This document shows, in pieces, positions 23,288 through 36,560 of a stretch of DNA of 50,563 nt. Position numbers and translations under genes: made by a program. Source of the DNA: Chromera velia (lineage: Eukaryota). Under the pieces are notes generated by a model. It saw only the letters and a list, made by a program, of their open reading frames with translations, did not search any database and was not told where the DNA came from. The stretch is taken from positions 1 to 50,563 of the forward strand of contig JAHBMJ010000322.1 of the NCBI GenBank assembly GCA_018398765.1, written 5' to 3'. Position 1 is the stretch's first letter. Every line of letters starts with the position of its first letter.

Positions 23288-24698
23288 GTTTCTACGAATC
23301 AGGAGCAGCACAGAAAGGGGGGGTAAAAAAAAACGATGGATGATACTTGAAGGGTTATTGACAGCTCCTGCCAAAGCATCTCATTGAATGGGGTAATCGA
23401 GCTCAATACAGGTGCTTTACCTATCATTCCGGGCCTATACCAACCTCACCGCGAGGCGACTTACCTGCATTGAAGCATATGCATGCATGCATGTCGAGTG
23501 CAGCGCGGGCCGGATCGATCGAAACTGCGTATTACCAATTAATTTTTTGGGGAAAAAAAAAATGTCAACGCTCCGTATGCGAGGTGTTGCAGTGTTGCAC
23601 AACTGTCACACTCATGACACACTGTAACACTTTCTTTCAGACGTCAGACGAAGGCGAGAAGAAGACAGATCCGATTCTTACATACTATTTAAAAAAAAAG
23701 TTGATATCTTTTCTTTCAAGTACTTTCAAATGAGAGAAAAGCGGTCCTTAATTATAGGTGCAGCATATAATCCAAGTATTGAGAAAAAAATACCAGATCA
23801 AGATACTACATCAAGAATGTGATAAATACCCCTGAAGCCTCAAGATAATGAATAATAATGAATAATAAAATATGTTTAGTTCATGTATTGTTTATATGCA
23901 TTGTTCCATCTTTAAGGCTGCTGAAGGGCCAGTGAAGGCTACACACATTTAGATAACATGCTTTAACTTCTAGTCTAACTTCTTTTCAAAATTTGTTCGT
24001 CGGAACAAATATAATTTTGAATGCACAGAAAAGAACAAGCACAAGATATAAATTAATTTTAGACCTTCTAGCCTAGCTTCTAGCAGACCTTCTGAGAATA
24101 ACATAAACTTTGTCATGAAGTCAATGCAGCTTGAAGAATAATTTGACTTAAAATTTGTCTTAAGCTACGTTCCAATAAGTTTTAGAACTTTGAGACAGGA
24201 CCTGGATCACCAGCATATATAATCTCTCAAAGATTCAAAAAGTCTAAATTTGATTTTAAATTAAAAGTTTTGCTTCTTCATTTAGAAAAAATCTATAAAA
24301 AAATCGTTCGATTATCCTATAGCGATTATCAAAGCACAAGTACTAATTTTTTTTATATCTACTAATGTGTGATAATCCCTGTGATTCCTTTGAAAAATAA
24401 AATAAAAACTGAAGTAGTTTAATACTTCTAACCGTATGAAGCAGTAATTTTAAGTGATTTTCATTTCTATGAAAGCGTATAATGAAACCTATATCATATG
24501 AAGTACAGAATAAAATTCAATTTGGCTTACTTTTACTGTAAACCAGGAATCTTAAGAAAAAATTATAACTAGATGTAACCTATTTTATTGACATACATCA
24601 GCAGTCGCATAATAATTAATTCACTGTTCAAATGCACAGGTCCAGGCACATAGATGAACCTTCTACTACTTTCTACGCACGGCAGATGCTGAAAACAA

Positions 24699-27600
24699 TC
24701 AACCGAAATGCTCATTGAAATTGTACTCCTCCTCGTCGTCATCCCTCATCATCATTGCGTTGGACGACTGCCCCCCCACTTGGGTTTCCTCAGGCCACTC
24801 CTCTGTGACATCGTCAATGTCCATCACCAGCCCCTTCTTCTTCAGCTTCATTTGACGTTTTGCATCCTGCGCGGGTATGATGGTCAGGCAGATCGACACA
24901 GAAAGCAATTGCAAGAGAGGCATGATCAAAAACTGTTCTCATCGGGGGAGGAAAAGAGAAACAAAACAAGACCGTCAAACTGCCTCGAACAACAAAAGTG
25001 CGTCCTCGTGGCCAGCCACGCAAACATGCTTCGACAACCGTTTCCCAAACCATGTACGCGTTTCTGCAGAGCGGATTATCCCCCATATCCCCTAGCCACA
25101 CAGACTCACCTCCTTCTGCTTCTTTCGTGCGTTCCCTGCAGGGACTGGCAGTTCGCTCTGTGCCGCCTTCAGGGATTCCGCAGACAGACCCTCACCCCCT
25201 CCCTTCACGACTGCACGTCGACGACGAACCTGCAAGCACGCAAATCAGTCAGAGGTCGCGCATTTTGGACACAGGTGGAAGCCCGGAGCCCGAGAGCAAG
25301 ACCCACGCCTGGTCACATGAATGAAAAGAGAAATTACACGGACACTCGCACACACACATTCACACATTCAGCACCCCCCACACATGCACAAACGACACAT
25401 GCACGCAGACAAAGCACATGCAGACCCTGTGCAGCGAGATTAGACCCAGAGCAAAGAGAGTAGCAGACGGGAAGCACATGAGGACAGCCACAAGCACACA
25501 ACCCCGCTCTTGCACCTCCGTCTGTCTGACCTTGAAGTCGTCTCCCGAGCGGTTGATCCCCAGTCCCTTCTTCTTTGCTGAGGCAGCCCCCCCCTCATCG
25601 ATCATCATCACACCCCCAGAGGACGAGGCCGCCTCAGGTCCCTCGGCATCCTCCATCATCATCTCGTCTCCTCCAAAGCCAAAGCCAGAGGCGGCAGCAG
25701 CGCTGCATGCATGTGGAGAGAAGGAAGGAATGCAGGAAGATGAAATTCCCTCCTCAGAAGAGAGCATTCAAGGAAGTTTGCAGCAGCAGCTGCTGGAGGA
25801 GTAAAGAATGGGTGAGGACTGGTTTCTGTGAAAGAGGTAGGCTGGGCGAAGAGAGACCGTGACAGGACACCGCATTTTACTGTCCCGTTGTCATGATGAA
25901 GCGAAAAAAAGGGTACAAAGGAAAAACAAAAACTTCTACTGTCTCTACTCACGGCTGCATGGCGACGTCAGTCGGTCTTGCTGCTTCCCCCAGTGTCACT
26001 CCGTCTGCGTCTGCCATCTGGAGGTCCTGCATTTGCTTTCCGATCAGCTCCAGAGCGTTCACATCCATTGAGGGTCCCATGAAAGAGACGATGGCAGCTT
26101 CGGCATGCTGCAAGAGAGGGGGGAGAGGAGAGGGAGGAAGATGGGTGGGTGGATCGATTGATCGACTGCTTACCTCAGACAGACAAAACATCTGCTGTGT
26201 ACACACACAGGGACGCAGATAGTGCAGAAAAAAGTCTGTGGAGAACGGTCAGACGGTGAGCACAGTCAAACTAAATCCCACCAAAACCTGATATGAAACC
26301 CTCCCTTTCCTCTTTCTCACACACTTCTTGTATCTACACCACTCAGACAGTAGAACACAGACTGGAACCCCCGATAACCAAAAAACAAAAACTTCCCCCC
26401 AAAACATTTCTCTCAACCGATGGATTGAAGGAAGCAAAGCCCGGCTCGGACCTCTCAGACCGACCTCATCCTGTCTCTTCTGAGGAGGAAGAGCGTAGTA
26501 TCTGATCTTCCCTGAGACCCAATCCTGCAGTACCAGCTGTGCAGCGGCCTTGTAGTCCGGTCTCCCTCCACTAGACAGTCTCCCTCTCTGTCTAGCCACA
26601 GCAGCCAGGAAGTCATCCACACCGCTGAAGGAGGGAATCTGGAAGTGACGCATCAACGAACCGGGAGGACACCTGCATACAGGCATGCATGAAATCGAAA
26701 GAACATTGATGCATGAATGAATGCATGCATGCACCCACACTCACACAAAGAGAAAAGGCTTCGATATACGCCATCAAATTGAACCCTCGGGCATGAATTC
26801 AAAAAGAGAACCCGTGTTGACAGCGTGACGGACACACCCTTTGTGTCAGCCAGCCTGTCAGACTCCCTCCCTCTCTTCTCCTTCCTACCTTGCGAGGAGC
26901 GCCTCGACCACAGCTGCAGGATCCCTGACGCTCTGGATCTTCACGGCGTTCCTCAAAACAGAAGCGGGGTCAGAGTCAGATGGCCCAAACACGACCCCCG
27001 GAGAGTCAATCAATTTGACCTTAGAGTCCAGTTGCACTTCCTGGAGGCTTCTCGTAACTCCAGCTTCGCCTCCGACCTGCATCAGTAAGTTCAATTAGTT
27101 GATATGTGAAAGAGTGCGAAGACGTCAATAAACACTGTTCTGCGGGTTCATCATCGAGTCCGCCAACAATGAGTATCCGACTCCCGCCTCCCTCGTTGCT
27201 TCTCTCTAAGTTGATTTGACTTCGTGTCCTGGTCCTCCTTGCAACTTCTCTGTCTGGCTCCAGGTGGACGAGACTGGAATTATGGGGGAGAGCCCGACTC
27301 TCCTTCCCTCGAAACAACCAACCAACCAACCGACCAACGAACCAACCTTCGTCGCAGCAGCTCTCTTCATCGAATTGATCACAGAGGACTTCCCGACGTT
27401 GGGCATTCCCACCACTCCCACGGAGATTGCAGCCTTGGAAGAAGAGGAGGATCCCTGTCTCGCAAAATTCTTCAGCAACTGCAGAAGGCTGTCTGCACCC
27501 ACGGCAGTCCCACTCGAGTGCAGCTGGCCGGGCTTTGCATCCGTCGCTGCCACCTTCGCTTGGCGTACGTCTTTTCCCCCAGTCGCAGCCTGCAGAAAGT

Positions 27601-29426
27601 CAAGGGGGGTCTCGTTGCATGACTGTGTTGGCGCAAATCCATTCGGGGCTGAAAGACGACATAAAAGAGATGGAATGGAGGAAAAAAAAAAAAGAAAGAC
27701 CAACGCAACCAAGCAGCTTCAATGAACGGTGTTTGAATCAAGACAGAGTCCTATTTACATCCTTGCTTAACCAGGCCCTCAGTTTGGTTGTCGCTGGCTT
27801 CCGGATCCTCTTTCCCTCTCTTTTTCCCTCTTTCTCAGTCTGTGCGTCGGCCCACCCACCTTGAATGCAACGACAGGAAGGAAGTCCTTCAGATGCTTCA
27901 TCCAAGCAAGAAGTGCGTCCCTGCAACATGCCATGCAAAAGATGCGTGAGCATGTGAACTTTTCAGTTCAGGAAGTCATGGAATAAGATTTGGAAAGCAC
28001 ACCCCTGTTGACATGAGGAATCAGCAATTTGGACGTTTAAGCAGGCACGCTGACAAACAGAGACACAAGCGCCCTCTAAGTATGGCAATTGTATTGTCCT
28101 ACGGTCTGGGCACAGCGCTCCGAAGAGCCAAGATAGATGAATGCTTGCGGGGTCGGAGGGAAAACGTTGGTTCTGCAGCTGCTTCCTTCTCAAACGAAGA
28201 CAGGCCGAGACTTGAATGCTTCGAACGCACATAGCATGAAAGTTGGAAATTGCCCTGTTTGTGCTGTTATGCAGATGCAGATGCGGAATCACTTCCAGCG
28301 CAGTGACTGACTTCGGGACAAGATCAATCTTATTAAGGACCAAAACCACGCGTTTCCCTGCAGCCAGTGCGGTTCTCTCCAGTTCCAGATTCCTACAGGG
28401 ATCCGGATCACGGGCATCCAGCACCTCAAGCAGAACGTCACTCATCGTCACCACCCGGTTCAGTTCCTTCATAAACGCCCTCCTGCCGCCCCTCTCCCTG
28501 TCGTCCTCCATCTCTGCCTGCCCCTGTCCTTGCGCTGCCCCCCCTGCCCCTGCGGCCTCAAACGAAGACTGCTGAACTGAGGCTGCGGCTGCAATGCCCT
28601 CATAGGTCAGTCTGCATGGGCGTGTGGAGGGAAGAGATAAGCTTGGAACAGGGGACCCTGAGAGAAGGGACGAATGAGATGGAATGAAAAGGTAAAAGTC
28701 GCAAAGGGGAATTTGGGTTGAAGAGAAGCGAGGCAGAGCATAAAAGGGGGGGAACAGTTGAAGCGAATGCGAAAGAGCTGGGGGAAGGGGGGGGTGAGGA
28801 AGAACAACTAAAATTGACAAGCAAGAGAGGCTCACTCTGGTCCCACTCACCCTTTCTTGGCTGCCTCCCGCTCTGCAGCCCGTCTCTGCTTCTCCTCTTC
28901 CCTCTTCTGCTTCCTCTCTTCTTCCTGCTGAATCTTCCTCTCCTTCATCTGCTTCAAAAGTTGCGCTTTGAAAGGCCAATTGTTCGGAATCTCCACAGGC
29001 TTCTCCTTCTTTGCTGCATCGGGAGAGAGGGGGGGCAGGTGGGCAAGAAGGTCAGGCAATCTACACACAGTGAGGCAAAAGATGAAGCGAACGTAACTCA
29101 GACAGGGGGGTCACTGACACTTTGCAGGTCCACCCCCCTTATTGATGGCACGCTTCACCTTCTTGTTGTGCTCCTTCACTTTCTTCGCGATCTGCAGACA
29201 CAAGGAGAAAGAAGAGGTCCGCGTTACGAACGACAAAAAGGTGCTATGGAAAGGGGGAGCAAAAGTATGGATGGATACACTACTCACCGTTCGCTCTGTT
29301 TTCTTGAGCTTCCGTTTACTCGTCTCTGCACACAATGCATACACCCAACGTCAACATATGAGTCCACGCTAGCAAGGAAGTGCAAACTGCGCACCAGGGG
29401 GCCAACTCACTCTGAAGCTTCACCAT
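24699..29426 (-). CDS. GNL3: Nucleolar circularly permuted GTPase, nucleostemin/GNL3/Nug1/Grn1 family, about 12-14 exons
   Basis: Spliced N-terminus MVKLQKTSKRKLKKTERTIAKKVKEHNKKVKR...IPNNWPFKAQLL (GN3L_Grn1-like); EVLDARDP, NKIDLVPK, GMPNVGKSSVINS, GVTRSLQEV and LIDSPG in permuted order; GRPDYKAAAQLVLQDWVSGKIRYY; C-terminal YNFNEHFG. Exons near 25110-25310 are uncertain. Confidence 0.95.
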
Positions 29427-30046
29427 CGCGAGCGATGACAAAGATTCACCAAAATCGGCTTTGGGTTACTCCTCAGGGAGCCTTCCTGCGCTTGCAGAAA
29501 GCGTTTCCGTCCACGAAAAGAGGATCGCCAGATCAAGAAATTCCACGGAAAATGCTGGAGGATTGCACTTCCATGTCACACAAAGACAATATACGGAGAA
29601 AGCGGCCGCATGTGTTGTTCCGACAAGTTCGGACCGCACCGTTTCTCCACCGAACCGATTACATTTGGCCGGGGCCGGCGGTGCATGGTCGGTCAGTCGG
29701 TCGCGGCCGGGCGCGGGCGGGCCGCCCGCCGCAGAGTCGCACATGCACGTATACAAAAATTAACAAAAAACGAAGACCCAGCACAAAAAAAATGAGCCGA
29801 ACTAATTCGTGCGGCTGTTGGTTGATCGAATCTGAAACTGCCCAATGAAAGAATCTCTTCATAGCTCTGTCTGAGCCTGTCAGCAGCATTTTCCCATCAT
29901 CTCCCAACTCGTCCAAAAAGAGACCCAGAAGCCTCAAGAGATTCAAGAGCTGAATTTACCCAACCAACAACTTGGGCACCGACAGATCCTTCGGTTAGTC
30001 GTTGCAGTCCCGTCGAACTCACTTTTCTTCTCCCTTGACCAGCAGA
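29427..30046. promoter_or_regulatory. Probable bidirectional promoter region with a GC-rich core at about 29665-29735
   Basis: About 620 bp between divergent start codons; contains ggccggggccggcgg and gcggccgggcgcgggcgggccgcccgccgc. Confidence 0.45.
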
Positions 30047-30283
30047 ATGCCTAACAAGCAGGTGACTCACACCGGGACCAACCGGAGCGGCAACGACTAC
30101 CGCTCTTACAATGATGGCTCCTACGCCTACACCAACCAGTCTGGAGGACGCTACTACAACGATGGAGGACGAGACGGCGGCAATGGATTTTACCACAACT
30201 CCTCCAAGGGATACTCCAGCTACACACGCAGCGACGGAAGCGGCTGGAGCCAGTTTAAGGGCTCCGACAGGACTCCCAAGTGA
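30047..30283 (+). CDS. Small (78 aa) Gly/Ser/Tyr/Asn-rich protein of unknown function
   Basis: ATG in agaATGc context; strong C-ending codon bias (TAC, AAC, GGC, ACC); repeated Y-x-Y-x-N/D-G turns. Resembles, from recollection only, a small conserved GTNxxGNxY family seen in fungi and other eukaryotes. Confidence 0.75.
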   Translation: MPNKQVTHTGTNRSGNDYRSYNDGSYAYTNQSGGRYYNDGGRDGGNGFYHNSSKGYSSYTRSDGSGWSQFKGSDRTPK

Positions 30284-32647
30284 TTCTTTCCTTTGCCAGC
30301 TTCTCCTGGGGGTTCGACAGGAAGAGGCAGTGCGTGCTTGAAATGCAACAAAAATCTCTGACAGCTCATCCGTTTTTTTTTTCTCTTTCTTCCCTGAGAC
30401 GAGAGGTATGACGAAAACAGAAAGAAGAAGTGGGCACAAAAGAAGAAAAGATCTGGGACATTCACCGGGGTTTCAAGCGTCCCATCTTCCTCCAAGAGAA
30501 GCAAGGAGAAAAGGAGAGGGGGGGGCGGGGTTCACCTTTCTTTCATGCGATGGAGGCGGGGTGCTGGACAGACTGTCTCAGATCGACCCGGACGAAATCC
30601 CCACACGAACAGACGAATAGACCTGGCTTTGCAATTCCCTCGCTCTCGCTGCCTCTTCATTTCATTTGCTTCGCAGGAGATCAGCGGCCCAAGCAACTCA
30701 GCAGTGGTTGCAGATGACCGCACATTGTGCCCTCCACCTTGAACGACCTAGACTTATACTTGTTTGCAATTCCTTACTCTTCTTTCCAGTCCCCTCCCTT
30801 ACAGAAAAAAGTCAAACAAAGTTTCCTTGCATGAGCTGCTCTTTCTTCATCTCTTTACTTTTCTATCGAAAGAACATTTCCGTTGCTATGCGGGTATCTG
30901 TGTGTCTGTCGAGAAGGAAGAGAAAAAGGAAAGAAAAGACGACATGGCCTGTCGAGAATCACCCTCCCACGAGGACCGTAAAGGCCTTTTGAACAAGAGC
31001 AAACAGGCTGACTGGATGTGACTGGACTGCGCGCGATTGTGTGTCAGACTGTGCATCTACGTGGTCTCGATGGGATGTGCGTGCGAAGAAAAATGACTAA
31101 GTCTTTCTTCTCTCTCGGTGAATATGTAGACCTCTTTCTTTTTCTTCACATGAAAAAAAAAAACCGGCACCGTCTGACCGAATTCGGTCATCCGTAAGCA
31201 ATTAAGGGTCCAAGCAGAAAAGCAGCATTTCAGTGCGGTCCGATGTGTCTTCTGTGTGTTGCGCTTATCGCAGAGGTGATTGCACGTGGTGTATGCATGT
31301 GTCAACCTTATTTGGATGACGAAATTGAATTTAATGCATTCATGACATTCCATGTTGGAGTGAGCAAAGTCACGAGGCACGTCAAGCTAAATCGGTGCGT
31401 GCTAGACCCGAGGGCTGGCAGAGAGAAAAAGTTTGATTGATCGGGCTTGATTCGAAAGATCATTCCTAACCTCATTCATCCAAAGATCCGTCGACGCACA
31501 AGCCTACGTCCTTGCTGCATGTCAGACAACGTGTGTGAGAATGAAGACGCATCATGTCACGCATGTGGGGGGTTCAGGGGCTCGGAAGGAATGGCGGCCC
31601 TTTGTCATCGCGAAGATGGCTGTGGGGCTTAGCCTAGGGCTTAGCTTGGCTAAGCTTGCAATGAGAATCGGTTTTAATGCTTAATTCTGCATATTAGTGC
31701 AGAAAATTTACAGTATATAAAAGTGTGGTACTATCGTTTTGACAATATTGTGTAACCTATGCACACCTATAACACTGTGGCATATAAATCTAAGAATCCA
31801 GATTTAAATTAATCTAAACATGCATCTTCGGAGTATTGACTTTTTCTAACATAGGGGAAGCCTAACATATTTTTTTTCTGGTATTATTTAGTGATAATGA
31901 TTAATACTGTGATATATCATCGGATTATTATCATCTTAAAATTGTTATTTACTAGGTTATTTAAGCTAACAGCTTAGTTACTGCTACAGATATAGTGATA
32001 GTGATAGTGATTTAATTGGTGCCCTAGGTAGAGCACTGTCACCGTTCTACCAGAAGTCGCCCCTGCGAACGGCAATTATGTATATAGCTAGTGCTTGAGA
32101 ATCATTATTTTTGCTGTGTTGTATGATAATTATACTATTGGAAATGGAGTATAAGTTACAACTACTATTGATGGCCGGGCAACTTCATGCATCTCGCTTA
32201 AATCACTGCGGTCGACTCTTGACTATGACTTCCCAACTATAGACATGGAAATGGGTTTGCTTTGTTTTTAATTACCCCACTTCGCACCCTTGTTTCGCTA
32301 TAGTAGAGAGTCGTGGGATGGTTAAAGATCGAGCCTTGAAACAGCGACCACCAGGGCAGAGGCGGGGAAGAGATGGGAGGGAGAATTATGCAGCAGCTGC
32401 TGTTGATCCCTCTCCACAAGTGCCTAACCATTAATATTGTGAAAACCACACAGAGATGCAGTGCATCTTTTTTTTTCTGGCCAGCTTTCTTTCCGTCAGG
32501 CGTTCCAGAAAAGATGGGGTAGTGTAAAATGCGAAACTTTCTCTGCCTGTCACATTAAGAAATCTGATTAGATGATCTGATTCCTTCCAAACAACATGCA
32601 TGTACTTGGAAACGACATGCCCCTCGGGCCCCCCTCCGTCAGTCATC

Positions 32648-33380
32648 TCAGTCTGATTTAATTTTCATTGCAGAAGCAGCGCGCATAAGTCCGGTGAGGA
32701 GCGCCTGTCCCAGAATCAGGACGAACATCACGAGAACACACCCGACAACGAACTGTTGCAGCATGTCGGGGTGGAGACTTTGGAGAGCATAGCTCTCCAT
32801 GGTAAAGACAGGATGATTTGCGGGAGTGTTCGCAATATTGTGGCCGATGACGGCTCCTGTTGCGAGGGCCGCGAGTGTCGCGGGGACCGATGCGTCTTTC
32901 TGTTGAGGAGACTTTGGGTCTTCGGAAGGATTCGAAGACTCCGCCACTCCATGCTTCTGAAGGAACCCTGAGGAGACCCCCTCGGCAGTCGGTCTGGAGG
33001 TGGAGCTGGACCCCTTCGATATCCTCGGGCAGCTGTTTGGAAGGTCTCCCTTCTCAACTTTTTCGATCAGGGACTCCATCGTGGGCCCTTCTTTGACCTT
33101 CCCACTCGCAACAACAGAGGGGTTCGACATCCACTCAGTCAGCATTGGGCCAGATATGGAGAGGGCCAACAGGTTCATTTTCTTTGCTCCCTGCAAGAAA
33201 TGCATGCAACACACAGCTGAATGCAAATTGCCGGAGAGACACACAGAGCAACCAGACACATACAGCTAGGGCCGATCTGGGAACGCTGCACAAGCTGTTC
33301 CGGATCACAGAGCAAAGAGCACATCTGTGCGAGAGAGAGAATAAGTGTGTTTCATTTGTCCCTTACACAATGCGGAACAT
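32648..33380 (-). CDS. Hypothetical membrane protein, exons 33380-33367, 33324-33264, 33190-32648, about 205 aa
   Basis: Phase-compatible GTAAGG...CAG (42 bp) and GTATGT...CAG introns; hydrophobic C-terminal segment FVVGCVLVMFVLILGQALLTGL. Confidence 0.65.
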
Positions 33381-33494
33381 GCGCAAATTCACAAAATCGA
33401 CACCGCGCACTTCTTGAAGGCACATAGACAAGACAACAAAACACCATGCACGACTGACAAACGTTGCTGCAAGTTTCAACACGCTAAAAAAATC

Positions 33495-33496
<2 letters not shown>

Positions 33497-33538
<42 letters not shown>

Positions 33539-33830
33539 CAGGGACAGGGACAAGGGACAGAGACAGGGACAAGGGACAGGGACAGGGACAGGAACAGAGA
33601 CAGAGACAGAGACAGAGACAGAGACAGAGACGGAGACGGAGACGGAGACGGAGACAGAGGCAGAGACAGAGACACGGACAGGGACAGAGACAGAGACAGA
33701 GACAGAGACGGAGACGGAGACGGAGACGGAGACAGAGACGGAGACAGAGACGGAGACGGAGACGGAGACGGAGACGGAGACAGAGACAGAGACAGAGACA
33801 GAGACAGAGACAGAGACAGAGACAGACAGA
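33497..33830. repeat. (GA)n and (GAGAC[A/G])n hexamer satellite
   Basis: Direct reading. Confidence 0.95.
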
Positions 33831-34158
33831 CTACATTACTTTCCCCCCCCTGTCTTCTGTTTCACACAAAGGACAGAACAATAAAAAATCGAAACGGAGA
33901 ATCAAAGGAACCGCCGGGAGTCAGAAAGTACCGCGAAACAGAGAGCACCCCTTGCGTCTGCTCCCCTGACAGAAGATAGAATTAAAAAAGAAAAGAAGAA
34001 AATGAAAAACAAATCTCTTTCAAAGAAACAAAAGGCAGGCACCGTAGGGGTAACTGTGGGGGTGGGGAGGAACTTTCCAGCGGAGGGGGCCTTTCTCTAC
34101 TGTTAGCTCTCTCGTGGCGGAAGGGCTGTCTACACAGACAGACTGTATGGTTTCTTTC

Positions 34159-34159
<1 letters not shown>

Positions 34160-34197
<38 letters not shown>

Positions 34198-34254
34198 TAC
34201 ACAGACAGACAGCCAGACAGACGCAGACAGACAGAGGGTGGGGAAGAAGGGAGA

Positions 34255-34291
<37 letters not shown>

Positions 34292-34451
34292 GGAGAGCAA
34301 GAGGGAGAGCAAGAGGGAGAGCAAGAGGGAGAGGAAGGAGGGAATGAAGAGAAAAAGGAAGGCACGACCGAACGAAAGAAGAGAGAGAGTAAAGAAGGAA
34401 GGAAGGAAGCAGTGAAGAAAGGAAGGAAGAGATGAAAAAAGAAGAAAGAAA

Positions 34452-34485
<34 letters not shown>

Positions 34486-34559
34486 GAGAAAGAAAGAGAG
34501 AGAGAGAGAAAGAAAGAAAGAAAGAAAGAAAGAAAGCAACAAAGCAAGAAAACAAGAAA

Positions 34560-34595
<36 letters not shown>

Positions 34596-34699
34596 GAAAG
34601 ACAGAAAGAAAAGAAAAAAAGAACGAAAGAAAGAAAGAGAGGAAGGAAGAAAGAAAGGAAGAAGGAAGGAAGAAAGAACGAAGAAAGTAGGAAGGAAAG

Positions 34700-34738
<39 letters not shown>

Positions 34739-34917
34739 AAGAAAGAAAGAAAGAAAGCAACAAAGCAAGAAAACAAGAAAGAAAGAAAGAAAGAAAGACA
34801 GAAAGAAAGAAAGAAAGAAAGAAAAAAAGAAAGAAAAGAAAAAAAGAACGAAAGAACGAAAGAGAGGAAGGAAGAAAGAAAGGAAGAAGGAAGGAAGAAA
34901 GAACGAAGAAAGTAGGA

Positions 34918-35009
<92 letters not shown>

Positions 35010-35059
35010 GAGAGAAAGAAAGAAAGAAAGAAAGAAAGAAAGCAACAAAGCAAGAAAAA

Positions 35060-35095
<36 letters not shown>

Positions 35096-35330
35096 AGAAA
35101 AAAAAAAGACAAAACAAAGAAATAAAGAAAGAAGAAAAAAAAAGACAAAACAAATAAATGAAGAAAGAAAGAAATATAGGAAAGAGAGAGTTTTTTTTTT
35201 TTAATTTAAGGAGGGTGAAACAAAGAAACGAAGAAAGGAAGACAAGAAGAAGTATAAGAAAGAAAGAGTTTAAAAAGAAAAATATAAAGACAGAAAACAA
35301 AGAATGAGGAGGGGAAAAAAGAGGAGTGAA
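34160..35330. repeat. Long purine-rich composite microsatellite ((GAAA)n, (GA)n, (CAGA)n)
   Basis: Direct reading. Confidence 0.95.
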
Positions 35331-35482
35331 CCGAAAAATCGACGCCCGCACATTCGTTCCCTCCACGTAGCAAAGCTCAGCAATCTTGAAGTTGAGCGAC
35401 GCGAGCCATTGGCCAGATGACCATTTTCTCTATACCGTGATTCAACGAAGTAAGTGTACATGTGCATGAGTTCAACTCTGCA

Positions 35483-36560
35483 TTAGGAGGAGCTGACCAT
35501 ATTCTCCACACGGTGATTCAGCGGCGTATCAAGACTCAACATGAGGCAGAAAGCCATGTGTTCCTGGCTTCGGTTCTCCTCACACACGTCCGTCACCGTC
35601 AGAGACTTGAGTTTCGTTATGCACCACTTTTGCTCGAGCTGGTCCGTCCGGGACTGGCGCTGCTGCCAGCTGTTGAGCTGGTCCGCGACTGCTGCGGTAT
35701 TTTGGATGACCCGAAAATCCAGTCTTCTCTTTTTCTCCATGTCCATCTCAGCAGACTGATAGGACAGCTGGGCAGATTCATAGGCAGAGGAGAAGATGGT
35801 TGCTTTTCGTCTTCTTGTGTTCGGTGAGCTCTGTGAGGGCCTGGGCGGCTCTGACTGCGCCCCCCCTCATGTCGGCGGAGCGAAGAGAGATGGGCGCAGA
35901 GGCCACTAGAAAAGCCTGCACGGTAGTATGACATTTTGCACATAGTCATTAACACACATACATATATATACGGATGCCAGGGAAGGATATGGAGGCCACC
36001 AGAAACGTCTCCAAGGATACATGGTAGAACAAGCGGACATACAGTTTGACTCACTCTAGGAAGCATACGTGCAGATCGAACTTCCTGCACGAATCTTCCA
36101 GCCCTTCCCTGGAATTATGAACTTGGAATGCACCTTCTACCGACATGCATGGAAGAAAACTACAGCACAGCTGAGGTGACAGACAGGGAAGGCGTGAGTG
36201 TCGGCGTGTTTGACGGCGGGCGTGGTGCGGCCTGATTGGGGGGCGAGGGTGGGTGGAGTGGAGGCGAGGAGGGGGTGTGGCTGAGCGAGACGGGTTGTGA
36301 GCGGGGTGACGGGTGTGGATGGGGGGTGGGGGGTGGTGAGGGTGGAGTGGTGTGAGTGTTTGGGATGGGTGAGGGGTGGTGGGGGTGGCGGGTGGCGGGG
36401 ATGGGGGTTGAAGTGTGGGAGTCCATGTCACGTCTTCGTTGCGGATCATACGAACATGCATTTCGGCAGGATATGCAGGACGCCTTAGAGCTTTGCATGG
36501 AGCAGTATAAAAGTTCAGTGCGGTGACGATTGAATCCTGGGAAAGGTTCTGAAAAGTCAC
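35483..36560 (-). CDS. Possible multi-exon hypothetical gene; structure unresolved
   Basis: One frame is open from an acceptor near 35916 to 35483; exon-like segments with splice signals at about 36069-36135 and 36456-36560; no domain recognised and phases not reconciled. Confidence 0.25.

Noticed and set aside
28718..29848. 376-aa + strand ORF
   Set aside because: Antisense to GNL3 exons and introns, non-ATG start, no motif.
32020..32075. tRNA-like GGTAGAGC motif
   Set aside because: No T-arm GTTCRA and no cloverleaf pairing.
33345..35366. Long ORFs of TE-, SFFL- or KERK-repeat peptides (up to 448 aa)
   Set aside because: Translations of stop-free microsatellites.
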